The position numbers were made by a program, and so were the translations under genes. Below the pieces are notes generated by a model. It searched no databases and was not told the DNA's origin. It was given only the letters and a program-made list of their open reading frames with translations. From Candidatus Bathyarchaeota archaeon (lineage in GTDB: Archaea > Thermoproteota > Bathyarchaeia > TCS64), in assembly GCA_018396695.1 (NCBI GenBank), contig JAGTQU010000003.1, positions 12,899-76,898 on the forward strand: 64,000 nucleotides of DNA, written 5' to 3'. Positions 1 through 9,008 of the stretch are shown piece after piece. Position 1 is the first letter of the stretch, and each line of letters starts with the position of its first letter.

Positions 1-2
1 TA

Positions 3-1313
3 GAGCCTCGTCAACTCGATATTCTAACCAGTTATCACTACTGGCCTGTTTTTCTATTCATCGCGAGCACATTTAAACTCGTAACATCAATGCCAACCGA
101 GTTAATTTTGAAGATCTTTCCCCTGATCAATATCGGACTCTACTTGCTGTTTGCTTATCTTATTTTAAGAATAAAATTTGAATTCAGGTACGCTATTTTA
201 GGATCAGTATTTTTTTTATGTAGTTTCTTTTCTCGCCAACAATATTTTGGTCCTCCTGGCATATCTTATATTTTTTATCTTACAGGATTTCTTCTAATTT
301 CGTGGATATTTTTCACTGATAAAAGAAATAAAGGAATCTTTTCAATTTTATTTTTTTTAATATCAATTTTACTCATATTTACACATGTTTTGACATCATT
401 TTTTTTGATCATATCGCTGTTATCTATATATTTTGTTCACATAATTATAAAAAAATTATCTAATTTTGTTTTGAGTATAACAAGTTTAGGATTAATAATA
501 TGCTTTTTAATATACAATATGTATGCAGTGCCGAACTTCGGTCTTATTAGACTATTCATAAAAAACATTTATGATGGATTAAAATTTTTATCTTTTTTCC
601 GTGAAAGTAATAGAATAATTGGAACGTTTTCTAATGAAATAAGCTACTATAGTTCATGGGCTATTGTTTTCATTAATCTAATCGGATTTGCAATAACATT
701 AATCTTAGGAATTCGAAAAAAAACTAAAATCGAATTGTATAATGCCTATTTAGCAATTAACATAATTATGCTAGGAATATTTGGGGTAATAGGTAGATAT
801 GGAGCACATGAAGCCTATCAAAGAGCATTCATGTTTGGATTAGTACCTTTAGCATATTTCTCAATAAATGTGATGCGAAACAAAATATATATGTTGATTA
901 TATTAATAATTTCTTTAATGTTTCTGAACCTTCCTGCTCAATACGGATCCGATACATTCAGATTAGCTACTGAAAAACAACTTTATGGAAGCAGATTTTT
1001 CGCTTATAATACGCCGAATGAAATAAGTGTTCATGGACAATTCTCACTTTATGTTAGATATTATACTCCAGTCAAACATATTAAATTTGAAGCAATCCCA
1101 GGAACATCTTTGCCATTTACTTATATCCCTAATTCTACTGCAATAATTAATGCGATTACTACAACAGATTATACCATCTTCTCTGAGTTAACATATAACT
1201 TCATTTATTATTATTATGGAAGAAATTTATATGATGAAGTAAATCTAAATACATTAAATAGGGTTTACGATAATTCAGGTTATGAAATTTTTAAACCTCA
1301 TGCTAAAAACTGA
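3..1313 (+). CDS. Polytopic membrane protein, DUF2206/GT-C-like, 5'-truncated at window edge
   Basis: The frame is open from position 3 (EPRQLDILTSYHYWPVFLF...) into the 90..1313 ORF. It has many TM segments, a YxxWP motif, and a C-terminal soluble domain ending NRVYDNSG, as in archaeal DUF2206-like proteins of glycosylation loci. Very AT-rich. Confidence 0.6.
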   Translation, partial: EPRQLDILTSYHYWPVFLFIASTFKLVTSMPTELILKIFPLINIGLYLLFAYLILRIKFEFRYAILGSVFFLCSFFSRQQYFGPPGISYIFYLTGFLLISWIFFTDKRNKGIFSILFFLISILLIFTHVLTSFFLIISLLSIYFVHIIIKKLSNFVLSITSLGLIICFLIYNMYAVPNFGLIRLFIKNIYDGLKFLSFFRESNRIIGTFSNEISYYSSWAIVFINLIGFAITLILGIRKKTKIELYNAYLAINIIMLGIFGVIGRYGAHEAYQRAFMFGLVPLAYFSINVMRNKIYMLIILIISLMFLNLPAQYGSDTFRLATEKQLYGSRFFAYNTPNEISVHGQFSLYVRYYTPVKHIKFEAIPGTSLPFTYIPNSTAIINAITTTDYTIFSELTYNFIYYYYGRNLYDEVNLNTLNRVYDNSGYEIFKPHAKN

Positions 1314-1611
1314 ATCCTTTAAAAAATATTCTAATATATCTCTCCAAATATTTAAGAATGGATAAGATCCATTTTTTTATATCATAGACGTTATCTAATT
1401 GTCGCGTAAATTGTGATTAATGATGATAGAGCACCATGAGGTTTTGAAAAAACCTAAATTTGCCTAACAATTGTGCAGATTAATAATGAAATTTCAGGTT
1501 ATAAATACATAGAAACAAGTTAACATATTTATCGCTATGTTATTATTTTGGCTCTATTTTTGCAGAACCCTTGCTATGAATTTAAGACAGACTAACAAGC
1601 GCCTACTCATC

Positions 1612-2721
1612 TTACTTTATCTCGTAGAAAGCTGGAAGTGGAACATAACCATTGAATAAATTATAAGGTTCTGCTCCACTGTTCTCAGGCTGCATCACCC
1701 AAACATAAACTCGGTCTATTCCCTTAGATTTTGCATAGTCGATAAAAGCTCTTATATAATTTGCTTGGTCTTGCTGATCACTATTATGCCTCCCAAATTC
1801 AGTGATCCATAACTCCTTCCCTCTGCTATGCGCTGCTTGAATCATGGCATTCATCTTAGCCTCTGTTACCCCCCAAACGGATTTATCAGGGTTACGCGGA
1901 TCCCAATAGACGTTTCTGCAAAGGAAGTCAGTAGCGTCATCTATCGCTGAGCTGTAATGCCCAGTACTAGGAGAGTATCCTCCCATAAATCGTACACTAA
2001 CAGGCATTTGGGTCCTCTCCTTAGCCGCACTGATCACGCTTAAGATAAAATTGTTCTCGGAGGTTGAAGCGGTCTGTGCCTGCGGTTCATTAAGAACCAT
2101 CCACGCCTTGACTGTATAACCATCAAATGCTGATATTGCGTTTCTAACATAATTAAGGTACTTCTCACGGTTAACGCTATTGCCTGAAGCTGAATCATCA
2201 AAATATCTGTCCCAAGTTGTGTACCATGTGTGAAGATCTATGTTCACAGCTATCCCTAATGACTGGCACAACGTGATTATTTCCTTCGCCTTTGCTACAC
2301 CACTCGAACTAGGTTGCTCGTTGCTCCATTCATACATAGCGTTTAGGCGAAGCGTTATCTCGGTAAAACCCTGTGCTTTGATTATATTCACGAAAGTTGA
2401 GACTTCGCTGGAAGTCATCGAGTAGAAGTTGATCAGCTCTGCGCTAGCTACAAACCCTGACGGGGATGGCGGTGGCTGCGGTGAAGGTGAGGGGGATGGA
2501 CTGGCAGGTGGAGAAGAACCTTCTTCTCCCTGAGATGCATAAGTGATCACCCCTACTGTTGTTATTGATTTTGTTAATGAAACGGCACCTAACCCAATGT
2601 TTACGTTTAAAGAAACATATATTAGAACAACAATGGAAAATAAATACATATTTTTTATTATACTTGATTTACCAAATATCCTACGAGGTATTAAATTTTT
2701 AATTTTACATGATCTTTTCAT
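1612..2721 (-). CDS. Secreted or membrane-anchored glycoside hydrolase, clan GH-A (GH5-like) TIM barrel
   Basis: N-terminal hydrophobic segment, Pro/Ser linker (SSPPASPSPSPSPQPPPSPS), IDLH, WMVLNEP (acid/base Glu) and ELWITEFG (nucleophile Glu). Confidence 0.75.
   Translation of the reverse strand: MKRSCKIKNLIPRRIFGKSSIIKNMYLFSIVVLIYVSLNVNIGLGAVSLTKSITTVGVITYASQGEEGSSPPASPSPSPSPQPPPSPSGFVASAELINFYSMTSSEVSTFVNIIKAQGFTEITLRLNAMYEWSNEQPSSSGVAKAKEIITLCQSLGIAVNIDLHTWYTTWDRYFDDSASGNSVNREKYLNYVRNAISAFDGYTVKAWMVLNEPQAQTASTSENNFILSVISAAKERTQMPVSVRFMGGYSPSTGHYSSAIDDATDFLCRNVYWDPRNPDKSVWGVTEAKMNAMIQAAHSRGKELWITEFGRHNSDQQDQANYIRAFIDYAKSKGIDRVYVWVMQPENSGAEPYNLFNGYVPLPAFYEIK
2461..2520 (-). repeat. Low-complexity Ser/Pro linker inside the glycoside hydrolase gene
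   Basis: G-rich repetitive tract encoding SSPPASPSPSPSPQPPPSPS. Confidence 0.7.
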
Positions 2722-2839
2722 GGTCTAAATATTTATTAACATAAATCTCTTATATTTGTTATAGAGTAAAAAAACTATTTTTATAATAGGTATATTAATA
2801 ATTTGGCTATAAAGTTGATTTATAATATAGATCATAATT

Positions 2840-3064
2840 ATGGTGATACTCTTGAATCTTCCTCTAGGATTTTCAGATATAAGCAAACTAATAGCTTTAT
2901 TATCAATTATATTGATAATAACATCTGTTATAATCCACCAAAATTATAGATATTCTAATTTGACTCTTGACAGACATTATCTCGAAAAGGTTGCATTATT
3001 CTTAGGCTTGATCACTCTCATACCAATAGCTATGATTGTATTCGAAATAATTATCTTTAGATAA
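2840..3064 (+). CDS. Small two-TM membrane protein
   Basis: 74 aa with two hydrophobic helices; divergent from the glycoside hydrolase gene. Confidence 0.5.
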   Translation: MVILLNLPLGFSDISKLIALLSIILIITSVIIHQNYRYSNLTLDRHYLEKVALFLGLITLIPIAMIVFEIIIFR

Positions 3065-3545
3065 TTATTCTTTGCCCGACCTATTGCTCGGCTTTGGTCT
3101 TAAACTCGTGTGAAATCACATCTCAGGTATCCAAGGAACTATTCTCAAGGTTCCATGAAAATAATGTTGTCCTGAATCAAGGGATCTTAAGTCACAAAAA
3201 AGGATATGTGTTTCATGATCTAATTTCGAAAATATGGGGATTCTAGTATCGATGCGTGATGTTCATGCCTCTTACTGACGAATTGTAAATCCCAATGCGA
3301 ATCTATTTAGTCCTTATCGAATGTTCAATTTTATTATTGCAATAATTATGATAATTAAAATAAAAAATTACTTGTATTGCGATTTTAAAATATGAATAAT
3401 GATATTTCATAAACCCTCAGAGAAATTAGAAACATTAAATTGTTTTTTAAAGATGGATATAAAAGATAGTTAATTATATTCAATAATTGGACATTTTTCT
3501 AACCAAAAATAATCTTTTTCAATAAGTTTTTGCTTCACACGGTTA

Positions 3546-5585
3546 ATGGCAGGGTTTAACATGATTCCGATAAGGCGAGAGAGAACCAACTTGAGTTTAA
3601 TCCTAAAAATCTTGGTATTAATATCATCTATAACTATAGTTTATTGGCAAGATTTCACAATTTTGTTAAATGAGGCGCTCAACAGCGATTTAGCTACCCA
3701 CATCCTTGCTATACCCTTTCTAGTCGCCTATATTTGTTTCAGAATTCGTCACAGATTTAGAGCTTTAGCCTCCGATATTCTAGTAAACACTAATTCACCA
3801 GCTAGGAGAGCACTTACAAATATAATAGGTATACTTCTATGTGCCTTCGCATACTTCTTGAGATGGACAGGTTCATACAGTTTTATACCATTAGAATACC
3901 ATATAGCTTCATTACCCATTTTCATCTCAGGGCTAATCCTCCTAATCTTTAACTTTCATGTTCTGAGAGCCCTATTCTTTCCAGTAGTTTTTCTACTTTT
4001 CATGATTCCTCCACCAGTTGAACTCGCTCAACAAGTCGGAGGTTACCTCTCATACTATAGCTCTCATGGAGCCTATAATCTCCTAAAGGCAGTTAATCTC
4101 CCTGTGAGGCTTTCTGATCTAGATGGAAACCCTATAATCTTCGTTAAGATCCCTTCAGGAGAGGAGTACCCATTCGTAATAGATCTGGCATGCTCAGGAA
4201 TCTATTCCCTCATAGGATTCCTTATATTCGCACTTTTCTTGGCATACCTCGTCAGAGGGCCATTAATCAAAAAAACTGCTATCCTACTCTTGGGTCTTCC
4301 TTTAATATACCTACTTAACATTCTGAGAATAACGATCCTTGTAATAATCGGCTTCGCTTCGGGACCTTACGCAGCTCTAAATCTCTTTCACATTTTTGGA
4401 GGCTGGTTCCTAATTCTCATTGGAACCCTCATCATATTGCTCACTTCAGAAAAATTATTAAAAGTAAGCTTGTTTGGCTCAGAACCTATTCACTGCAACG
4501 ATTGTGAAAAATATTCAATTAACCAGTATTGTTCATCATGCGGTAAGATGCATCGATTCAAATATAATTTTTCGAGGCTTAGCCTATTAAAAATAATAAG
4601 CATTTTGGCTATTTCAATAATTCTCATCTTTATACAGGTACCAGTTTATAATCTGACAAATGGATCAGCTGAAATATTCATTAAAAAATATTCTGGAGAA
4701 GTATTCACAACTAATATCTTTCCTAAAATTAACGGCTATGAACTCAAATTTGTATATAGAGATACGTCCTTTGAAGAGATAAGTGGACAGGATGCAGCAC
4801 TAATGTACATGTACGCCCCTAGAGACCCTTCTAAACCTTTAGTATGGGTTGGTCTAGAGATTGGCCCAGCTAAGGCAAACCTCCACACCTGGGAAGTATG
4901 CTTAATTACTTATCCACAATCTCTTGGAAGAGAACCTAGCGTTATACAACTCGATTCGAGGGATATCAAACTTCTAGATAATCCTCCCCTTACAGCCCGT
5001 TACTTTGCTTTTATAGATAAGAAAAATAATTTTACAGAGACAATACTCTACTGGTATACAAAATCAGTTTTCAGATCCGAGGGAGAATATGTAGAGAAAT
5101 GGTCGAAGATCAGCGTGATCAAACTGGACGACAATCCTTCAGATTACCTAGAAGCTGAAGAAGAGATCTATCCATTCGCGAAGAGTATAGCTGAATACTG
5201 GCAGCCTGTGGTTACTTGGTCGAAATTTGCACTTGTTATAGCGTATCATGGAGTAACCCTTTTGCTTTTAACAGGGTCATTTATAATCGCCTCTACAGGG
5301 GTATATCTATATGGATTATTTTCTGAAAAAAGACATGCGAAAATAATGTTTAATAAAATAAATAATATAGAAGATAAAACTATTCTGGAGATAATTAAAA
5401 ATACTGAAAATGACGTAATAACTGAAAAGTATGTATCATTAAAATTTGTTGAACGTTTAGGAAAACAGATAGATGAAGATAATATATTAGCAAAACTTTT
5501 AGAAGCAGAGAAAAACGGTCTGATTGAAAGGAAAATCATCAGCTTAAATGACAATCCATACATAACTTGGAAGGCTAAATTCTAG
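3546..5585 (+). CDS. Exosortase/archaeosortase-family protein fused to an EpsI-like domain and a C-terminal winged helix
   Basis: Exosortase motifs LLFMIPPP, VIDLACSG (Cys), LNILRI (Arg) and FHIFGGW (His). Also a CxxC...CxxC insert, an EpsI/DUF3485-like segment (LHTWEVCL, ILYWY), a further TM helix, and a wHTH-like tail (ILEII...LLEAEKNGLIERK...YITWK). Confidence 0.85.
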   Translation: MAGFNMIPIRRERTNLSLILKILVLISSITIVYWQDFTILLNEALNSDLATHILAIPFLVAYICFRIRHRFRALASDILVNTNSPARRALTNIIGILLCAFAYFLRWTGSYSFIPLEYHIASLPIFISGLILLIFNFHVLRALFFPVVFLLFMIPPPVELAQQVGGYLSYYSSHGAYNLLKAVNLPVRLSDLDGNPIIFVKIPSGEEYPFVIDLACSGIYSLIGFLIFALFLAYLVRGPLIKKTAILLLGLPLIYLLNILRITILVIIGFASGPYAALNLFHIFGGWFLILIGTLIILLTSEKLLKVSLFGSEPIHCNDCEKYSINQYCSSCGKMHRFKYNFSRLSLLKIISILAISIILIFIQVPVYNLTNGSAEIFIKKYSGEVFTTNIFPKINGYELKFVYRDTSFEEISGQDAALMYMYAPRDPSKPLVWVGLEIGPAKANLHTWEVCLITYPQSLGREPSVIQLDSRDIKLLDNPPLTARYFAFIDKKNNFTETILYWYTKSVFRSEGEYVEKWSKISVIKLDDNPSDYLEAEEEIYPFAKSIAEYWQPVVTWSKFALVIAYHGVTLLLLTGSFIIASTGVYLYGLFSEKRHAKIMFNKINNIEDKTILEIIKNTENDVITEKYVSLKFVERLGKQIDEDNILAKLLEAEKNGLIERKIISLNDNPYITWKAKF

Positions 5586-5636
5586 AAGATTTTTAAATGA
5601 ATTTCTTAATCTGATTTCTTATTTTTTTAAAAAAAG

Positions 5637-6950
5637 TTGTGCACGGAAAGACCTGAGATGAGCTTTAAACTACTTAGATATCATTATCAGCTTCAACAAT
5701 CGAAGAAATTGAATAAGGAAATACTTAAAGAGATTCAACTTCGAAGATTAAAGGAAATAATATCACATGCTTATCTCAACGTTCCATTCTATCATGAAAA
5801 GTTTGAGAAAGCAAAAATAAAGCCAGAGGATATAAAAACACTGGATGACCTCGAAAAAATCCCATTGACAACGAAAGCCGAAATACAATCCACTCCCTTG
5901 AATTATCTAGTTTCCAGATACGTAAATTTGAATAATTGCGACAGATCGTTAACCAGTGGCACTACGGGAATGCCTCTGACAATAATAATTGACAGAGATT
6001 ATATGGATTTTCAAGTTGCATTATTCGCCAGAACGTATTTTGAAGATGGAGTAAAATTATGGCATAAAATGATGAGAATAGTTGATCCTTTATATTTGCC
6101 TAAGAAAGGGGATTGGTATCAAAAAATAGGATTAATGAAAACGAAGTACGTCTCTCTATTCGAACCCATCGAGAAACAATTTTCTATAGCAAAAAAATAT
6201 AAACCCGACATATTGAGAGGTTTCAGCTCTCAAATCGCTTTGTTGGCATACCATGCTCGTGAGAATGGTGAAGTCTTGAAGCCTAAAATAATTTTCACCT
6301 CAGCAGAATACCTTGACAAAGCTTCCAGAAACCTGATAGAATCAACATTCCTAAGCCAACTATTCGACCTTTACATAAGCACAGAGTTTGGGCTAATGGC
6401 TTGGGAGTGTAAGGCCCATTCAGGGTATCATACTAACATTGAAAGCGTTATGATCGAATTCGTAAAAGATGGTGAACCTGTCACAGATGGTGAGAGTGGG
6501 GAAATAATCTGCACAAACCTCGTTAACAGAGCAATGCCTCTAATCAGATACGACTTAGGAGACGTAGGCATCCCTACGGAGGAAGAATGCACATGTGGGA
6601 GCACTCTGCCTCTCATCAGACTCGTCGAGGGTCGAACAGGAGATTTCCTCGTCACACCGGATAATCGAATAATATCGCCGACGATATTTTTCCCTTATCC
6701 CTTTAACGATGTTGAAGGGATAAAACAATTCAGAATAATACAGGAGAAAAAGGATAAGCTAATCATACAGCTAGTTGCAGATGAAGATTTTAAAAGAAAT
6801 GAACTAGCCCTAGAAAAAGCAAGAAAAGAGATCTGGAAAGTATTCGGTGAAAACATGAATGTTGAATTCCAATTTCTAGACAAAATTAAAAGGGATAATG
6901 AAAGAAAATATAGAAAGATAGTGTCGAAAATACCTATTCATCTCACTTAA
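5637..6950 (+). CDS. Phenylacetate-CoA ligase family (PaaK/CapK-like) adenylate-forming enzyme
   Basis: Motifs VPFYHEKF, TSGTTG, LYISTEFG, MPLIRYDLGD and EGRTGD. The true start may be the ATG at 5658. Confidence 0.85.
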   Translation: MCTERPEMSFKLLRYHYQLQQSKKLNKEILKEIQLRRLKEIISHAYLNVPFYHEKFEKAKIKPEDIKTLDDLEKIPLTTKAEIQSTPLNYLVSRYVNLNNCDRSLTSGTTGMPLTIIIDRDYMDFQVALFARTYFEDGVKLWHKMMRIVDPLYLPKKGDWYQKIGLMKTKYVSLFEPIEKQFSIAKKYKPDILRGFSSQIALLAYHARENGEVLKPKIIFTSAEYLDKASRNLIESTFLSQLFDLYISTEFGLMAWECKAHSGYHTNIESVMIEFVKDGEPVTDGESGEIICTNLVNRAMPLIRYDLGDVGIPTEEECTCGSTLPLIRLVEGRTGDFLVTPDNRIISPTIFFPYPFNDVEGIKQFRIIQEKKDKLIIQLVADEDFKRNELALEKARKEIWKVFGENMNVEFQFLDKIKRDNERKYRKIVSKIPIHLT

Positions 6951-7003
6951 TGATCTTCTTCCCTTTTCTACTTATCCATAAAATAATTACGTAAAACTCT
7001 TTT

Positions 7004-7046
7004 CTAAAGATTTAAATAACCATATTAAACATTAACAAATAGGTGA
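7004..7046 (+). promoter_or_regulatory. Putative BRE/TATA promoter and Shine-Dalgarno site for the small sorting-signal protein
   Basis: Purine-rich AAAGA followed by TTTAAATA (7011-7018), and AGGTGA just before the TTG at 7051. Confidence 0.5.
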
Positions 7047-7050
7047 AAGA

Positions 7051-7278
7051 TTGAATAAGAATAATAGGAGAATCCTGGCGGCTTCACTGGTGATTATAGG
7101 CTTAACGCTGATATTCATAATAAATGGAGTATTATTTGCGCCTCAACCAGAGCCTACAGTTACTCCAACAGCTGAAAACACAATGGCTCCAGGATTCCAT
7201 GTCCCTGAGATCCCTGGAACTCTAGTTGCCTTAGTATTGGGAGTTATGGGGCTGTTAGTGTTTTATTTAAAGAAGTAG
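7051..7278 (+). CDS. Small secreted protein with a PEF/PEP-CTERM-like sorting signal (probable exosortase substrate)
   Basis: Basic N-terminus plus hydrophobic signal, a Pro/Thr-rich stretch, then FHVPEIP, a TM helix and a terminal KK: the tripartite CTERM layout. Confidence 0.75.
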   Translation: MNKNNRRILAASLVIIGLTLIFIINGVLFAPQPEPTVTPTAENTMAPGFHVPEIPGTLVALVLGVMGLLVFYLKK

Positions 7279-7379
7279 AAAAATAATCTAATAGTTAACG
7301 TGTCTTGATTACTGATTTTCTTAACGGTTTTTCTATATTGCCTACGACTTCGATCTTATAGGCGAATAGTGGAGGCTAT

Positions 7380-8201
7380 ATGGAAATGGTAGAGAATTCC
7401 AGCATTGAAAAGATGGAGAAGCAGATAGAGTCCCTTGAATCGGAGATTAGGAGGCTTAAGAGGAAGCCGACAGGCGCCATAGGGACTCTGATTCTGGCTT
7501 TAGGGCTGATGCTCCTAGCCTTAGCCATCATCGTTGAGCATAACATATCAGCCTTCATCGGAATAGCCTTAACCTTCTGGGGAGCCCTCCTCCTATACGT
7601 CAGGCCTACAAGCTTCGTTAGAAAAGAGATCCTCAACGTTTTATCTACTCAATCCCTTTCCGAGATGGCGGAGATTATTGATGAACTAGGTTACCGAGGG
7701 GCCCCATTCCACGTTTCGCCTCCAAGCCTTCTCGGGATGAGGAGAACGAGGCTCATAATCCCGAAAAACCCTCTCTCGAATCTAGGAGAAGATGCTTCCA
7801 TAGATGAGTTAACGATTACGCCAACACTGATTTCGGTTGATCCCCCCGGGCAGGAGCTATCAAGCCTGATTGAGGAGGAGCTGAGAACAAACTTCTCGGC
7901 GAGCAGCTTAGAGTATGTGGAAAACAATCTTGAGAAGGCTCTGGTGGAAGGGTTAGAACTAGTCGAGTCGTTCGCTATGGAGCAGGAGGGGGAGAGAGTA
8001 TCCGCTAAGTTCAAAGGTAGTGTATTCTTCGACGTTGCGGAAAGGTTAAGCGGTTTGAAGATTAATCCTGCATTTTGCGACCCGCTTACAAGCGCCTTCG
8101 CATGCATCCTCGCAAGGGTGACCCAGAAGAGGGTCACTATAGAAAAGATGGAGCTGAAGCCCGAGGAGAAGACCGTCACAAGCACATACAGGCTTATTTA
8201 A
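7380..8201 (+). CDS. Conserved archaeal membrane protein (N-terminal coiled coil, 2 TM, cytoplasmic domain with V4R-like C-terminus)
   Basis: GIALTFWGALLLYVRP TM pair, PPGQEL and CDPLTSAFAC; GGAGG RBS upstream; precedes the DUF1616 gene. Confidence 0.6.
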   Translation: MEMVENSSIEKMEKQIESLESEIRRLKRKPTGAIGTLILALGLMLLALAIIVEHNISAFIGIALTFWGALLLYVRPTSFVRKEILNVLSTQSLSEMAEIIDELGYRGAPFHVSPPSLLGMRRTRLIIPKNPLSNLGEDASIDELTITPTLISVDPPGQELSSLIEEELRTNFSASSLEYVENNLEKALVEGLELVESFAMEQEGERVSAKFKGSVFFDVAERLSGLKINPAFCDPLTSAFACILARVTQKRVTIEKMELKPEEKTVTSTYRLI

Positions 8202-8220
8202 AGACGGGGATGAACCTTAA

Positions 8221-8820
8221 TTGACTGGAAAAAAGGAGCTAGAGGAGAAGCTCATAGAAATCATCGAAGCCTTCTCAACTTCTACGGTGAAGGAGCTCCT
8301 CGAAATAGCTCATCTGCAGCTTTCCATCCCAAAGAAGGAGCTGTTGGACATTATCCTCCGCCTACAAGACGAGGGGAGGATAAGCCTTAAGCTGCCGGAG
8401 AAAAGAGCCAAATACAGTTTAAGGGAATATTTCTTTAAAGGAGGGGTCTACTGGTTCTGGTGCATTATCCTTCTCTCAACCACAGCAATGTTGTCGATCT
8501 TCCTGATACCTGAAGACGCTTACCCCATAATCCTTGCAAGATACGTCCTCGGCTCACTCTTCGTCCTCTTCCTACCAGGATTCAGCCTCGTAAAAGCCCT
8601 CTTCCCTAAAAAGGAATTAGATAATGTCGAGAGGATGGTGTTGAGTTTAGGGTTGAGCCTAGCGATTGTGCCTATCTTCGGGCTACTCCTCAACTATACT
8701 CCATGGGGGATAAGGCTTACCCCTATAACCCTAGTGCTCCTTTCTTTCACCATCTTTCTCTCATTTGTGGCTATGATTAGAGAGTATAATGAAAAGTTTC
8801 CTAAACCTGAGGAAGAATAA
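8221..8820 (+). CDS. DUF1616-domain membrane protein with an N-terminal winged-helix-like domain
   Basis: RYVLGSLFVLFLPGFSLVKALFP, ERMVLSLGLSLAI and LLNYTPWGI are DUF1616 hallmarks; N-terminal IILRLQDEGRI is wHTH-like. Confidence 0.8.
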   Translation: MTGKKELEEKLIEIIEAFSTSTVKELLEIAHLQLSIPKKELLDIILRLQDEGRISLKLPEKRAKYSLREYFFKGGVYWFWCIILLSTTAMLSIFLIPEDAYPIILARYVLGSLFVLFLPGFSLVKALFPKKELDNVERMVLSLGLSLAIVPIFGLLLNYTPWGIRLTPITLVLLSFTIFLSFVAMIREYNEKFPKPEEE

Positions 8821-8846
8821 GAATACAAGGATTTACATTCATTAAC

Positions 8847-8907
8847 CCTCTGCATCAACTCATTAAACTGTCGAAGATAAGCTTCGACGATGGTTGATGC
8901 CTAGAGG
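8847..8907. other. Long bulged hairpin between convergent genes (terminator or structured RNA)
   Basis: Nested pairings CCTCT/AGAGG, GCATCAAC/GTTGATGC, CAT/ATG and GTCGAAG/CTTCGAC, closing an ATAAG loop. Confidence 0.55.
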
Positions 8908-9008
8908 ATACTAGGAGGATCATTCTACGGAAATTAACGAGCCTTAAATCACGAGAAGAGAAATAGGTTCAGATACTCTGCTAATATTAAAAGATTGAGC
9001 AAGATCCT

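Noticed and set aside
3065..3545. Possible gene remnant or ncRNA upstream of the exosortase
   Set aside because: No sustained ORF or convincing secondary structure found by eye.
7376..8185. Antisense and overlapping short ORFs from the six-frame track, here and throughout the window
   Set aside because: They lie opposite or within well-supported genes and show no motifs; treated as shadow ORFs.
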